From the NCBI GenBank assembly GCA_033764315.1, contig JANRJA010000170.1, positions 25,885 through 89,884 of the forward strand: a DNA stretch of 64,000 bases. Reading direction: 5' to 3'. Shown one piece after another: positions 20,231 to 30,229 of this stretch. Made by a program: the position numbers and the translations under genes. The stretch's first letter is position 1, and each line of letters begins with the position of its first letter. Source of the stretch: Oculatellaceae cyanobacterium bins.114 (GTDB lineage Bacteria > Cyanobacteriota > Cyanobacteriia > Elainellales > Elainellaceae). The notes beneath the pieces are model-generated. The model ran no database searches. It was given only the letters and a program-made list of their open reading frames with translations, and had not been told where the DNA came from.

Positions 20231-23200
20231 CTATGCAAAGTAATTGGCGACAGTAAGCACTCCTGCTCTGGCATCGCCCGGTTGTAGCCCAATGCGAGTG
20301 ACATTGACCACCAAATCACTGGTTGCTGAGAAGCCTGCCCGATTGTCGTTAACTGACAGGTAGGTGCCGCCTCGCCAGCTAAACAACACCGCTTCGTTGC
20401 GACGCAAGCCTTGGTTGCCAGTGGTGCGCTGGTCTTTGTCAGCATAGGCAGAACGAGCGGCATCCACTAAGAGACTGCTGTTTTCTCGACCAGAGTTAAA
20501 TAAACCCCGTGGCAGGTTGGCAGTCGCCAATCGGTTATCAAAGTCGAGCACAATGCGATCGCCCTCTCCCGGTTTAAAGTCAAAGATTTGATCGGGTGCC
20601 GTCACCAACGAGTTTGCCAGGGCTGCCTGTTGGGTGCGACCAGAGTAAATAAAGCGATCGGCTCCCCTACCGCCAGCCGTCACATCCGATCCTAAACCAC
20701 CATTCAAGCTATCATCGCCGCCCAGCCCTAACAGGCGATCGTTACCCGCTAGCCCTAACAACAGATCACCTGTATTACCTCCTCGCAGGCGATCGTTTCG
20801 TCCCGTTCCTCGAACGGTGATCAAATCGTTGTCGGCGATCGTCAATGTAGCGATGTCTTGAGCGGCTAAAACAGCTCCATTCGTTGGACTAGCCAACGCT
20901 AATGACACAGTCTCTGCGGCTTCAGAGATCGCATCATCTGTAATGGCGAGGTTAGCCGTAGCCGTAGTTTGTCCATCCGCAAAAGTAACGGTAATAGGAG
21001 TTCCAGTAAAGTCTGTAGTGGCAGTGGCAGTGCCTCCAGTTGCGGTTAAGTTGACGCTTAAATTTCCCGATGACCCACCCGTGCGAACCAAATTTATGGC
21101 GATCGCCCCCCCATTTTCAGCCACAGTATAGGTTGCCGCCCCAAACGCCACTGCCCCAACAGGAGCTTCTGCGGCGGTTAGACCTGCGGAACCAGCGGTG
21201 CCTGCCCCAATGGCACCCAATAGCGTTGCGGCTCCTGTACTCAGCTCAATGGCATAGAGATTATTCACACCTCCCACCGTCAATGCTGCCAATCCCCGTC
21301 CTGTGGCTGGTGTGTTAGAGGTCGTTACCTGCACCCCAGAAGGAATGTCAAAGCCATTCACCGCCGTAAAGTCCAACGATGTGCCGTTCAAGGTAACGGC
21401 AAGTGCAGCGGTTTGAGTGCCGTTATTAGGCGGGTTTTGAATCAGCAACCGATTACTGACAGAGTCAAGCGTATACTGTGTAGTGGTTGTGGCACCCCCA
21501 AAGTTGTTGGTATAAGCCGTCGCATCTACTCCTGTAGCTGCACCATTGACTCCAGAATCAGGGTTAATGCCTGCGGTGACAACATTCCCATCTACAGGTG
21601 CTCCTGTAATCGGGTTGAGCCGGAAGTTTAGACCTGAGCTAGTGACAACCCGAATACGATCGACGGTGGGGTTAAAGTCGATGCCATAGCCAGCCGTAGC
21701 TGGGTCGGGTAAATCAATCGGAGCTCCTACCCCATCAACAAAGGCGACTTGTCCTGGTGTGCCCACCACGGTCGCAGCTCCCGTTTGTGGATCCAGAATG
21801 AGAACGCTCCCTGTATCAGCAGTTGCATTGACACTCAGGGCAAAGAGCTGCCCCGTTGCTGGACGAAAGTCAATACCAACAACTGTTTCACCTGCTGGCA
21901 CACCCGTAATCGCTGTTGTCACAACCGTTCCTGGAGTGGCACTGCTAAACCGCAAGAGGCTTGCTCCGTTACTAGACAACGAAATTAGAGGAGTGCCCGT
22001 GGTGGTCGTATCGTTTTGGATAGCAAACCCTTGCACAGGTAAACTCCCTGTGCCGAGCGTTCCAAGGGCAGTCGCAACTCCAGTAGATAGCTCAATGCCA
22101 TACAATCCGGTTGTACCGCCGACCGTCAAAGCGGCGATCGCCCGTCCAGTCGCAGCCGTGTTCGACGTTGTCACATTCACCCCAGCCGGAATGTCAAACC
22201 CATTCACTGCCGTAAAGTCAAGCGGGCTGCCATTTAAGGTGACAGGCAGTGGAGCCGTCTGCGTGCCATTGTTAGGTGGGTTTTGAATCAACAATTGATT
22301 GCTAACCGCATCCAGGGTGTATTGGGTTGTGACAGTAACGTTAGGTGCATTGTTGGTGTAGGCGGTTGCATCCACAGTGGTGCTTGCCCCACTAATCGTG
22401 CCATCGGGATTGACCCCCGCCAAAACTGCATTGCCGTCAATCAATGCTCCAGTATTGGGATTCATGCGGAAATTAAACCCGCCATCCGTGACTACCCGAA
22501 AGCGATCGACCGTGGGGTTAAAGTCCACGCCAAAATTGGTGCCTGTAATCGGGGCAGGGTTAACTCCATCCACGGTTAATTGCACAGGAGCAGCGGTTAG
22601 AGGAGTAGCCACCCCCGTTTGAGGACTGATGGCATACAGCCTCACAGCTCCAGCCCCATCCCGTGCCAATCCATATAACCTGCCATTTTGAGGACGGAAA
22701 TCGATGCCTACCAAAGATTCGCCCGCCACGACACCAGTGATTGGAACAGCCGCATTCGGGCTATCAGGATTCGTCGTATCAAAGGTAATCAAGCTGTTGT
22801 TGCTGAGGACGTAACCGATGGCAAATGTGCCCGTATAACTCTGTTGTAATGCTGGCGTAAAAGCAACCGTGGCTTTCACGTTGCCCAAACTGCGATCGAA
22901 ATTCCATTGACCATTGCCCACCGTTTGACTCGATGCTGCGATATTAGCTCCGGTTAGGTTCTGGAGGATATGTGAAAACGCATTCCACCCTTGCTCTGCC
23001 AATCGACAACCATACAACACTAAATCCGCGCCTTGAACCAACACCTGCCGCCATTGGCTCAAGGAAGTTGCATAGTGTTGAAGATTAGCAAGATTGATTT
23101 GAGTATTGCCGAGCTGTAGACAACCAGGGCTACCATGCGCGACAACATGAACCTCTGTCACGTCGTAGCTGGTTTGCAAAACCTCACTGATTTGGGTGAT

Positions 23201-23335
23201 GCCATCGCGATCGCTCTCTAACACAACCGCTTGATAGCCCGGTTTGAGGTGAGCCACCAGGGTTGAATAATCCTGAACAGCGCGATCGATAAAAACGTAT
23301 GCAGTTCCGTTCACTTGCAAATTCTCCTTAACCAT
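20231..23335 (-). CDS. Large secreted protein: DUF4347 + 2x DUF4394 + Calx-beta + RTX repeats + C-terminal bluetail-like domain
   Basis: VFIDRAV..HVVAHGSPG..LYGC..ASS (DUF4347); two GIDFRP..DFNPTVDR.RVV repeats; TVTFADGQTTA..ITDD..E..E (Calx-beta); GGDDSLNGGLG (RTX); TYLSVND..GFSATSDLVVNVT. Confidence 0.85.
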   Translation of the reverse strand: MVKENLQVNGTAYVFIDRAVQDYSTLVAHLKPGYQAVVLESDRDGITQISEVLQTSYDVTEVHVVAHGSPGCLQLGNTQINLANLQHYATSLSQWRQVLVQGADLVLYGCRLAEQGWNAFSHILQNLTGANIAASSQTVGNGQWNFDRSLGNVKATVAFTPALQQSYTGTFAIGYVLSNNSLITFDTTNPDSPNAAVPITGVVAGESLVGIDFRPQNGRLYGLARDGAGAVRLYAISPQTGVATPLTAAPVQLTVDGVNPAPITGTNFGVDFNPTVDRFRVVTDGGFNFRMNPNTGALIDGNAVLAGVNPDGTISGASTTVDATAYTNNAPNVTVTTQYTLDAVSNQLLIQNPPNNGTQTAPLPVTLNGSPLDFTAVNGFDIPAGVNVTTSNTAATGRAIAALTVGGTTGLYGIELSTGVATALGTLGTGSLPVQGFAIQNDTTTTGTPLISLSSNGASLLRFSSATPGTVVTTAITGVPAGETVVGIDFRPATGQLFALSVNATADTGSVLILDPQTGAATVVGTPGQVAFVDGVGAPIDLPDPATAGYGIDFNPTVDRIRVVTSSGLNFRLNPITGAPVDGNVVTAGINPDSGVNGAATGVDATAYTNNFGGATTTTQYTLDSVSNRLLIQNPPNNGTQTAALAVTLNGTSLDFTAVNGFDIPSGVQVTTSNTPATGRGLAALTVGGVNNLYAIELSTGAATLLGAIGAGTAGSAGLTAAEAPVGAVAFGAATYTVAENGGAIAINLVRTGGSSGNLSVNLTATGGTATATTDFTGTPITVTFADGQTTATANLAITDDAISEAAETVSLALASPTNGAVLAAQDIATLTIADNDLITVRGTGRNDRLRGGNTGDLLLGLAGNDRLLGLGGDDSLNGGLGSDVTAGGRGADRFIYSGRTQQAALANSLVTAPDQIFDFKPGEGDRIVLDFDNRLATANLPRGLFNSGRENSSLLVDAARSAYADKDQRTTGNQGLRRNEAVLFSWRGGTYLSVNDNRAGFSATSDLVVNVTRIGLQPGDARAGVLTVANYFA

Positions 23336-23630
23336 AAACGAGATTTAAACGGGTTTTTGAGAAGGGTTTTTGAGAACAAGGCTCTGCCTACCAATCTCAA
23401 TGAATGGCAGAAAACACTAATTCCATTGGTTGAGGGAAATAACGGTAAACCTAAAATGTTGCTGGAGCGTCACGAGTAGTGATTGTTGAAGGTATTACGC
23501 CAGAGCAACCCATCTAGATGCACTTCCATTCAAAAATGGCGATCGCTTTGCTATAGATCTGATCAAGGCGATCAAGAAAGTGTATTCAGTAATACTAATT
23601 GAAAAGGCTTTAAATGGAATCGCTTGAGCA

Positions 23631-23659
23631 CAAAAAGGGACTGAAATTACTCAGCCCCT
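23631..23659 (-). terminator. Intrinsic terminator
   Basis: Minus strand AGGGGCTGA-gtaatt-TCAGTCCC-TTTTT, downstream of the 23722 ORF. Confidence 0.6.
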
Positions 23660-23721
23660 ATCAGAGAATAATGAGTTTCTAAAAAAATAGGTCTTACCAA
23701 CGCGATCGCAAAAAACCTAAA

Positions 23722-24000
23722 TTACGCCATAGACCAAGACGACTGACATGTCTGAAGGCAAACTTTAGCGAGATCACGGCAAAGAGGGGCGATCGCAACT
23801 GGAAATGAGGTAGCAATCCGCTCAATGCGATCGTCTAAAGTCAGGTCTGCAACGTCGTGAGATTGCTTGTGAATCAGCACAATCAAATCTGTAATGGCTC
23901 GAAAGATTAACGCCGCATCATTGTTGTTAACGGGATATTGCACTGCCATCTCCAACCAATACTGCTTAAAAGTCGCTAACGCAAGGGGTTGAGCATTCAT
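23722..24000 (-). CDS. Hypothetical protein (92 aa)
   Basis: ATG at 24000 preceded by GGAAG, helical-looking ORF, terminator downstream. Confidence 0.5.
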   Translation of the reverse strand: MNAQPLALATFKQYWLEMAVQYPVNNNDAALIFRAITDLIVLIHKQSHDVADLTLDDRIERIATSFPVAIAPLCRDLAKVCLQTCQSSWSMA

Positions 24001-24694
24001 CTTCCAATCTCCATGAAGAACTTGAGTGAGTTTCAAGGGAGCGCAAGCAGAGCTAGATAGGTTTCTTTTGCTTGCTTCTTCAGGGAATACGGAGACAACC
24101 CGCGCGATCGCCATCAAGAGGAGATGAACGATTGTAAAGCTTTTGTAAAAAGTGCTCTCATCATCTACCACTAGCCCATGACTTCGGTGTAGTGTGCTTT
24201 TACTGACTCAGTAATTTTTCTCTCAAAATAGGGCAAAGCTGTGACCGATCGGTTCTATCCTTTGGGAGATAGCGTATGAGCAGATGGAATGATGAGAATA
24301 GCAACAGCAGATTGGAGAATTAAATGTAACTTCAATTTTGATAATATCTTTCAGGTCGCATCCCCATTTTAATAATTCGGCTTTGTTGTAAACACCTATG
24401 TTTGAAGTTTCTGCTCTTGCGCTGTGGCTCGCTTTGTTGACCGTTCTCTCATCTCTTCCAAAAGACTGTGGCATTAAAAGCAATTATCCCAATGGAGAAA
24501 GTGCTTTACATCCCCTGCCTGTTACTCCCTCTAAGTCAAGAGCACAATAACCCCTTTCTCTAGAGTGATTCACACCTTAAGGATGAAATCTTAGGAAGAG
24601 TTAGGTTCCTATATATGCTGTACAAATTTTCAAATAAGCTCTAATGTGGCAACGGCACCCTTTAAACTGCCGTTTATGCTACAGGAGAGACGCA

Positions 24695-25492
24695 ATGTTG
24701 ATTAGTCTGATTGCAGACTACGGTACAGGCGATCCTGCCTTTATGGAGGTCACTCAGCGTCTTCTAACTGCTTTACCTGAAGCGCGAGTTCACTGGCTTT
24801 CGGTGCCTCCATTTAGCACCCTAGCAACTGGATTTTGGATCGCTCAATTAGGGCTGAACCCGGGCCCTCAGGAACGGTTAGTTTATCACAACTGTGCCCC
24901 TCGTCAAGACGACCCAGAGGCACGCCGCGATAACGAAGGCGAAGGATTAACCTATGCGTTGTTATCTAATGGAGTCAAAGTGGTTGGCGTGAATGCAGGC
25001 TTTACCCTTTCATTTATCAAACACCACGCCAAACAGTTGCACACCATCAACGTCTCACGCGGGGGTTCCCAGTTTCGTTCGCGTGATGTGTTTCCGGTGG
25101 CGGCAACTGCGATCGCCCAAGATGACTTTAACCTTTTAGGCAATGCCTTTAGCCCAGACCAAATTCCTGATGCTCCGCTCGATCGGGTTGCCTGGATCGA
25201 TGGCTATGGCAACATTAAAACTACCATTCCTGCCCATACTGTCAACTTAGAACCCGAAAGAAAAGTGGTGATTCGGATTGGGGATGTCGTCAGTGACGCG
25301 ATTTACTCTGACGGTAGTTTTAAAGTCTCTGAAGGCACCCTTGCCTTTTCTCCCGGTAGTTCTGGTTGGACTGCCCCCGATGGCACTGAACTGCGCTGGA
25401 TGGAATTATTTTTGCGCGGTGGCAATGCCTGGGAACGCTTTGCCCGCCCCAAAGTCAATCAACGAGTTGCCATCATTCCCAACGCCGCTTGA
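24695..25492 (+). CDS. SAM hydrolase / SAM-dependent halogenase family (DUF62)
   Basis: ISLIADYG..D, SQFRSRDVF, WIDGYGNIKT; RBS AGGAG upstream. Confidence 0.8.
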   Translation: MLISLIADYGTGDPAFMEVTQRLLTALPEARVHWLSVPPFSTLATGFWIAQLGLNPGPQERLVYHNCAPRQDDPEARRDNEGEGLTYALLSNGVKVVGVNAGFTLSFIKHHAKQLHTINVSRGGSQFRSRDVFPVAATAIAQDDFNLLGNAFSPDQIPDAPLDRVAWIDGYGNIKTTIPAHTVNLEPERKVVIRIGDVVSDAIYSDGSFKVSEGTLAFSPGSSGWTAPDGTELRWMELFLRGGNAWERFARPKVNQRVAIIPNAA

Positions 25493-25627
25493 GGAAAAAT
25501 GAGAAGATAGGGATTGGTTAATGGTCAGTGGTTAATAGTCAATAGTTGATGGTAGGGTGGGCAATGTCCACCATCTTTAAGTCTGCCACTCTCTTCTTTT
25601 TTCCTTCTTTTTTCTCCCTACTCGCCT

Positions 25628-26578
25628 GTGTTCTTCAGCATCGTTATTCCTACTTATAATCGCAAGCCGATCCTAGAGAAGTGTTTGAAAGCTCTAGAGC
25701 ATCAGCACATCACTTCGAGCAACTTGATTTTGGGTTATGAAGTTGTCGTAGTTGATGATGGCTCCACCGATGACACTATAGAGTGGTTGCGATCGCATCC
25801 CTCTGAGTTTGCCCATGTCCGATTATTTGAGCAAGCCCACCAGGGACCTGCGGCAGCCCGAAATCTAGGAGTTGAGCAAGCAAAAGGAGACACGATCATC
25901 TTTATTGACAGCGATTTAGTGGTGACAGATCAGTTTTTGCAGGCCCACGCCCATGCCTTACAGGAAGGACAACAGCGACTGGGAAGCGATCGCCTCTTTA
26001 CCTACGGTCGAGTCATTAATACCTGCAATTTCGATGACCCCACCCGTGAGCCATTCAAAGTCACGGATTTTTCAGCGGCCTATTTTGCTACGGGCAATGT
26101 GGCGATCGCCCGTCACTGGTTAGAACAAGTCGGGTTATTTGACACCCGCTTTCAACTCTATGGTTGGGAAGATTTAGAGTTGGGCGTTCGACTCAAGCAA
26201 TTAGGCTTAACGCTAATCAAGTGCCCAGATGCAGTGGGATATCATTGGCACCCCCCCTTTGCGCTGAGCCAGGTTCCTAAACTGATTGACCAAGAAATTC
26301 AACGAGGACGCATGGGGGTGCTGTTTTATCAAAAACACCCCACCTGGGAAGTGCGGATGATGATTCAAATGACCTGGTTGCATCGGGTGCTGTGGGGGGT
26401 TTTGTCCCTGGGTGGTAGCTTAAACGAGCGCACAATGGCACCTCTGCTGCAATGGCTGATCAATCGTGGCAAACCCCAACTGGCCTTGGAAGTCGCTCGC
26501 ATCTTTTTAAACTGGTACAACGTTCAGGGCGTCTATGAGGCTTATTCAAAGGCGACAGTGCTACCTGGTAAGAGTTGA
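25628..26578 (+). CDS. Glycosyltransferase family 2
   Basis: SIVIPTYNR, VVDDGSTD, FIDSD, YGWEDLELG. Confidence 0.92.
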   Translation: MFFSIVIPTYNRKPILEKCLKALEHQHITSSNLILGYEVVVVDDGSTDDTIEWLRSHPSEFAHVRLFEQAHQGPAAARNLGVEQAKGDTIIFIDSDLVVTDQFLQAHAHALQEGQQRLGSDRLFTYGRVINTCNFDDPTREPFKVTDFSAAYFATGNVAIARHWLEQVGLFDTRFQLYGWEDLELGVRLKQLGLTLIKCPDAVGYHWHPPFALSQVPKLIDQEIQRGRMGVLFYQKHPTWEVRMMIQMTWLHRVLWGVLSLGGSLNERTMAPLLQWLINRGKPQLALEVARIFLNWYNVQGVYEAYSKATVLPGKS

Positions 26579-26662
26579 GGCGATCGCTCAAATTAAGCTT
26601 TTATTGGGTGTGATCTCGTGGTGCAATGGAAACAGCAACGTGCTGATAGGGTATAGCAAGCC

Positions 26663-27073
26663 ATGATCCGAATCGTTTTAGCGGTAATTCTTATGACCGT
26701 GTTGACGGCCTGTAGTTTTGGTAGTCCGACTCAAACTGTGGTTGAACAGGCGATCGCCCTGCAACTCAACCAAACTCAGCAAGAGTTAGGGCAATTACTC
26801 TATGCCGATGCGCCTGAGACACCCGCCACTACGATCAACCACATTAAAGTCGTTCGCCGCGATCCCCTGATGATTCAAGGTTTAAATGCCTATCATCTAC
26901 AGGGCACTTATGACTTGACTCTCAATTTTTCAGATCACCACATTACTCAACGACAAAATCCCTTTGAGATTTATCTCCAGCAAATCGGTGACAAGATGTG
27001 GAGCCTAGCCCGACCTAAACGCAATAGTGAAACTGAAGACTGGGCAATCACAGCGATCGATCCCCAAACCTAA
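26663..27073 (+). CDS. Putative lipoprotein
   Basis: Lipobox LTAC. Confidence 0.75.
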   Translation: MIRIVLAVILMTVLTACSFGSPTQTVVEQAIALQLNQTQQELGQLLYADAPETPATTINHIKVVRRDPLMIQGLNAYHLQGTYDLTLNFSDHHITQRQNPFEIYLQQIGDKMWSLARPKRNSETEDWAITAIDPQT

Positions 27074-27540
27074 CTCAATTTCGCCATACACTCTAACAGC
27101 AACCGCTGATTCTCAATCGCGTAGGGTTGAATCTCCAGTGCCCTCCGAAAGGCTTGAATGGCAGCGGTATACTCTCCCAATGCTAAATAACACAACCCCT
27201 GCCCATGAATTGCCCCAAAGTGAATTGGGTTCAAATCAAGCACTTGTTCACAATCCGCCAAAGATTGCCGATACCGCTTTTGTAGATAATAAAGGACAGC
27301 ACGACGATTCCAGGCTTCTGCAAAATCAGGTTGATCTTGAATCACCTCTGTTAATAATTCCTCAGCCTGATTGACTGCCCCTGATTCTAAGAGGGTTTGA
27401 CTACGACCCAACAACGCCAATCCATAAGCTCCTTTTTGCTGAAACCAAAGTTGCCAGAGGTCGTGGGTTGCTTGCTGCCGCACAGTCTCATCAGGGTTTT
27501 TCAAATTTTCTAACAGCGATTCAATTGAAGTCTCATCCAT
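27070..27540 (-). CDS. TPR protein
   Basis: PDFAEAWNRRA, LNPIHFGAIHGQG, AFRRALEIQP. Confidence 0.88.
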   Translation of the reverse strand: MDETSIESLLENLKNPDETVRQQATHDLWQLWFQQKGAYGLALLGRSQTLLESGAVNQAEELLTEVIQDQPDFAEAWNRRAVLYYLQKRYRQSLADCEQVLDLNPIHFGAIHGQGLCYLALGEYTAAIQAFRRALEIQPYAIENQRLLLECMAKLS

Positions 27541-27689
27541 ACAGTGCTAAGAAACTGAGAACTTGAGCGTTCTATAAAGAGCATTTCTATTCTGTATTCT
27601 GTCATGAGATTCGGCTGTTGATTGGGATCAAAGGAATTTTTGCTGATCCCCGACGTTTGAGGGTAATTAAGCCTACTGATTTCTAGGAA

Positions 27690-27989
27690 TTAAATGTAGG
27701 CTCCGATGTCTTCGCCGCACACATCTGCTAGGTAACACAGTGCACGGAATCGCAACCCAACCAACTGATCGTAGAGGGGGTTGAATTTGCAAAGAGGGGG
27801 AATGTGGGCGATCGTGCGACCCAAAATTTTGACATCACGCTCAAAAGGACATTGAGCCGGAATTAATGTAGCGATACGGTGAGCAATTTTAGAATCTTGA
27901 ACTTCAAACTGGTCTAACCATTGACGAACAGGGTTGAGAATATCTGCGGAAGACCTGTTGTTTGATGGGCGTAATGACGAGTCGTTCAT
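27690..27989 (-). CDS. Mo-dependent nitrogenase C-terminal domain family protein (not a nitrogenase)
   Basis: IPAQCPFERD...IPPLCKFNPLYDQLVGLRFRALCYLADVCGEDI. Confidence 0.85.
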   Translation of the reverse strand: MNDSSLRPSNNRSSADILNPVRQWLDQFEVQDSKIAHRIATLIPAQCPFERDVKILGRTIAHIPPLCKFNPLYDQLVGLRFRALCYLADVCGEDIGAYI

Positions 27990-28591
27990 AGTCTCAGAAC
28001 AGGGCAATCTAGCGATCGCCGTTAGGTTGATGTTTTCAGGATACAAACGAAATTAAGGGTTTTATTAAAGGAATGAAGAAAAGCATTAAAGGTTCCCTAA
28101 AGTTGGGATGAATTATTACTTGTAACGCTCTTAAATGTCACTCAAGACAGCTCTGGAATAGGTAGAGCCTGGTTGAATTCAGAATTTTTATCACTATTTA
28201 TTAGCGTGATGATCAAGATGATATCGCGAACTTAAAACGCTGGCATCATCCCCTTAGCATCATCCACTTGGGTGAATCGTGAATACAAATTTAAGCCAGC
28301 TTTATGACTGTCCTAAGTAGTTTTTAAAGTCACGCAGTTCTTTCTATGACAATACCAAGTGAAAACAAATTTATTTCGTATCCCTCACTACAATCCTAAC
28401 TACCAAATCTACAAATGGGGTCGCAAAAATGATGAGTTTACACACACTTCATCATCTCAAAAGTCTCCCTACCAACGTGATAGAAAGTACTAGAAAAAAG
28501 TAGCATAAAACACACATTTAGTTGTTCTAAATAGTTCGCAAAAGTTCTATATCTTTTGATTGCAAATCTTTATATGTTGCTTTTAGGCAGC

Positions 28592-28852
28592 CTAGAACCA
28601 CCGAGATCCGACTCCAAGTTTGCCCATAACTCGCGATCGCTTCTGTGTCGATGAGGGCGATCGCTTGAATTGCTGATGCAGGTGTACAAACAACACGCTG
28701 CAAAACAACAGCAGCGCAATCCAGGCAATGCAGAAATAGGGATAGCTACTTTTCCACAAATATTGAAACGCTTTGATGCTTCTGTCCACTGGATAAAGCA
28801 ACCGAGACGGATGAATAGTCTGAAAAGGGTTAGCTCGTGTAGCGATGGTCAT
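28592..28852 (-). CDS. Small hypothetical membrane protein
   Basis: ATG-initiated 86-aa ORF with one hydrophobic segment, divergent from the Rrf2 gene. Confidence 0.4.
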   Translation of the reverse strand: MTIATRANPFQTIHPSRLLYPVDRSIKAFQYLWKSSYPYFCIAWIALLLFCSVLFVHLHQQFKRSPSSTQKRSRVMGKLGVGSRWF

Positions 28853-28992
28853 TGATGCAAATTTTTATAGAGGAGTGGTGGCAAATACTACGGTAAACCT
28901 ATCAAGTTACTGTATATTTGTAGCAGAAGTATGACATAGTCTTCTTCTGAAGGCAAGCGAAACAAGTACTTTTCCGATGCAATACAACTCTT

Positions 28993-29424
28993 ATGGAACT
29001 TTCTGCCAAAGTTGAATATGCCCTGATCGCTCTATTGGAGCTAGCCAGCCAACCCAGCCAAAATGGGCCAATGCAAATCAAACAAATTGCTGAACGACAA
29101 AAGATTCCAGATCGCTATTTGGAACAGGTGTTTGCTATTTTGCGTCAAGCTGGAATTGTCTATAGTCAGCGAGGCAACAAAGGGGGATACATGCTCGCTC
29201 GTGAACCCTGGCAAATTACTCTATTAGAAATTTTTAGCTGCTTAGAAGAATTAAAGGGTTCAAAACGACTTCAAGCCAATGCCCCTTCAGATTCTCTTTT
29301 AGTTCAAGATGTTTGGAAGGAAGCTCAACAAACGGCAAGAGAGGTATTGCAGCGATATACCTTGAGGGATTTGTGTCAGCAACGAGAAGCTCGACAACGG
29401 TTGGGTGGCATGTATTACATTTAA
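28993..29424 (+). CDS. Rrf2 family transcriptional regulator (lacks the IscR Cys triad; CymR-like)
   Basis: MELSAKVEYAL, IAERQKIPDRYLEQ, SQRGNKGGYML, MYYI end. Confidence 0.92.
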   Translation: MELSAKVEYALIALLELASQPSQNGPMQIKQIAERQKIPDRYLEQVFAILRQAGIVYSQRGNKGGYMLAREPWQITLLEIFSCLEELKGSKRLQANAPSDSLLVQDVWKEAQQTAREVLQRYTLRDLCQQREARQRLGGMYYI

Positions 29425-29936
29425 GGCTGCTGGGTATACACGTCTTTGTTGAACAAGGATGTACCCCTAATTTTTGCCCTAAAACACTAGGCTCTCAAGG
29501 GAATGGATTTTCCTTGATAGAGTGTAGTTGCTCCCCGCTTGCCGTTTATGGGGCGTGAAGATTCCCATACCTTTGCTGATCTTTTAGCAAGTTTCGGATT
29601 TGATCAGACTTCATTATTACAAAGCCATTTATGATACTGGCAAGATATTCTTAAAGCCGTCAATCTTGATTTGGTCATTACGGATCACGCACCGGGGTTA
29701 ATCTTAGCTGCACATGGATTGCTACTAACCATTGTGGTTGGCAGCCATTTTGCAGTGCTCTCTTCGATTGAGATAGAGCAACAAAGCAATCAACCTTTCA
29801 AAATTTTTGTCAGTCAAGCAGATTTAATCTACAGTTCATTTCATTCAGCAATTTGGGGACTGTGAATTCAATACCCTCTTCCATCATCCCTACAACACTC
29901 CTATTTGAACTGTGAACAGACAAAGGGTGTATGAAT

Positions 29937-30031
29937 GTTAAAAAATTAATTTGGTAAAAGAAGTGCAGGCATCTTACCCACGGACAAGACATTCAAACTA
30001 CAGAATTGTCAAATTACCTGAACTTCCTTAA
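29937..30031. mobile_element. Degenerate MITE-like element (copy 2)
   Basis: GTTAAAAAATTAATTTGGTAAAAGAAGTGC...GAATTGTCAAATTA matches 18886-18964. Confidence 0.5.
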
Positions 30032-30229
30032 GCCTCTGGTTCCTGACTGCCGTTTAGACTTAGTTTTACCGAGAGCTAGAAATCTTCAGTGCAAAGTAAT
30101 GATCAAGCTTGAGATAGGCTCTAAGCTAGGAGAACTAGTACTAGTGCATTTCTTTCCCCTAGCTGTCTACAGTGTTTTAGTCAACTTCTGTAGTGCTTAC
30201 ATACCGAATTCTTTGCCCTGATTCAGTCT

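Noticed and set aside
27690..27989. Nitrogen fixation gene
   Set aside because: The domain name is historical; there are no nif genes or nitrogenase motifs here.
29430..30225. Short ORFs or an exonuclease remnant upstream of the ligase
   Set aside because: No recognisable motifs, non-ATG starts, and partly a degenerate repeat.
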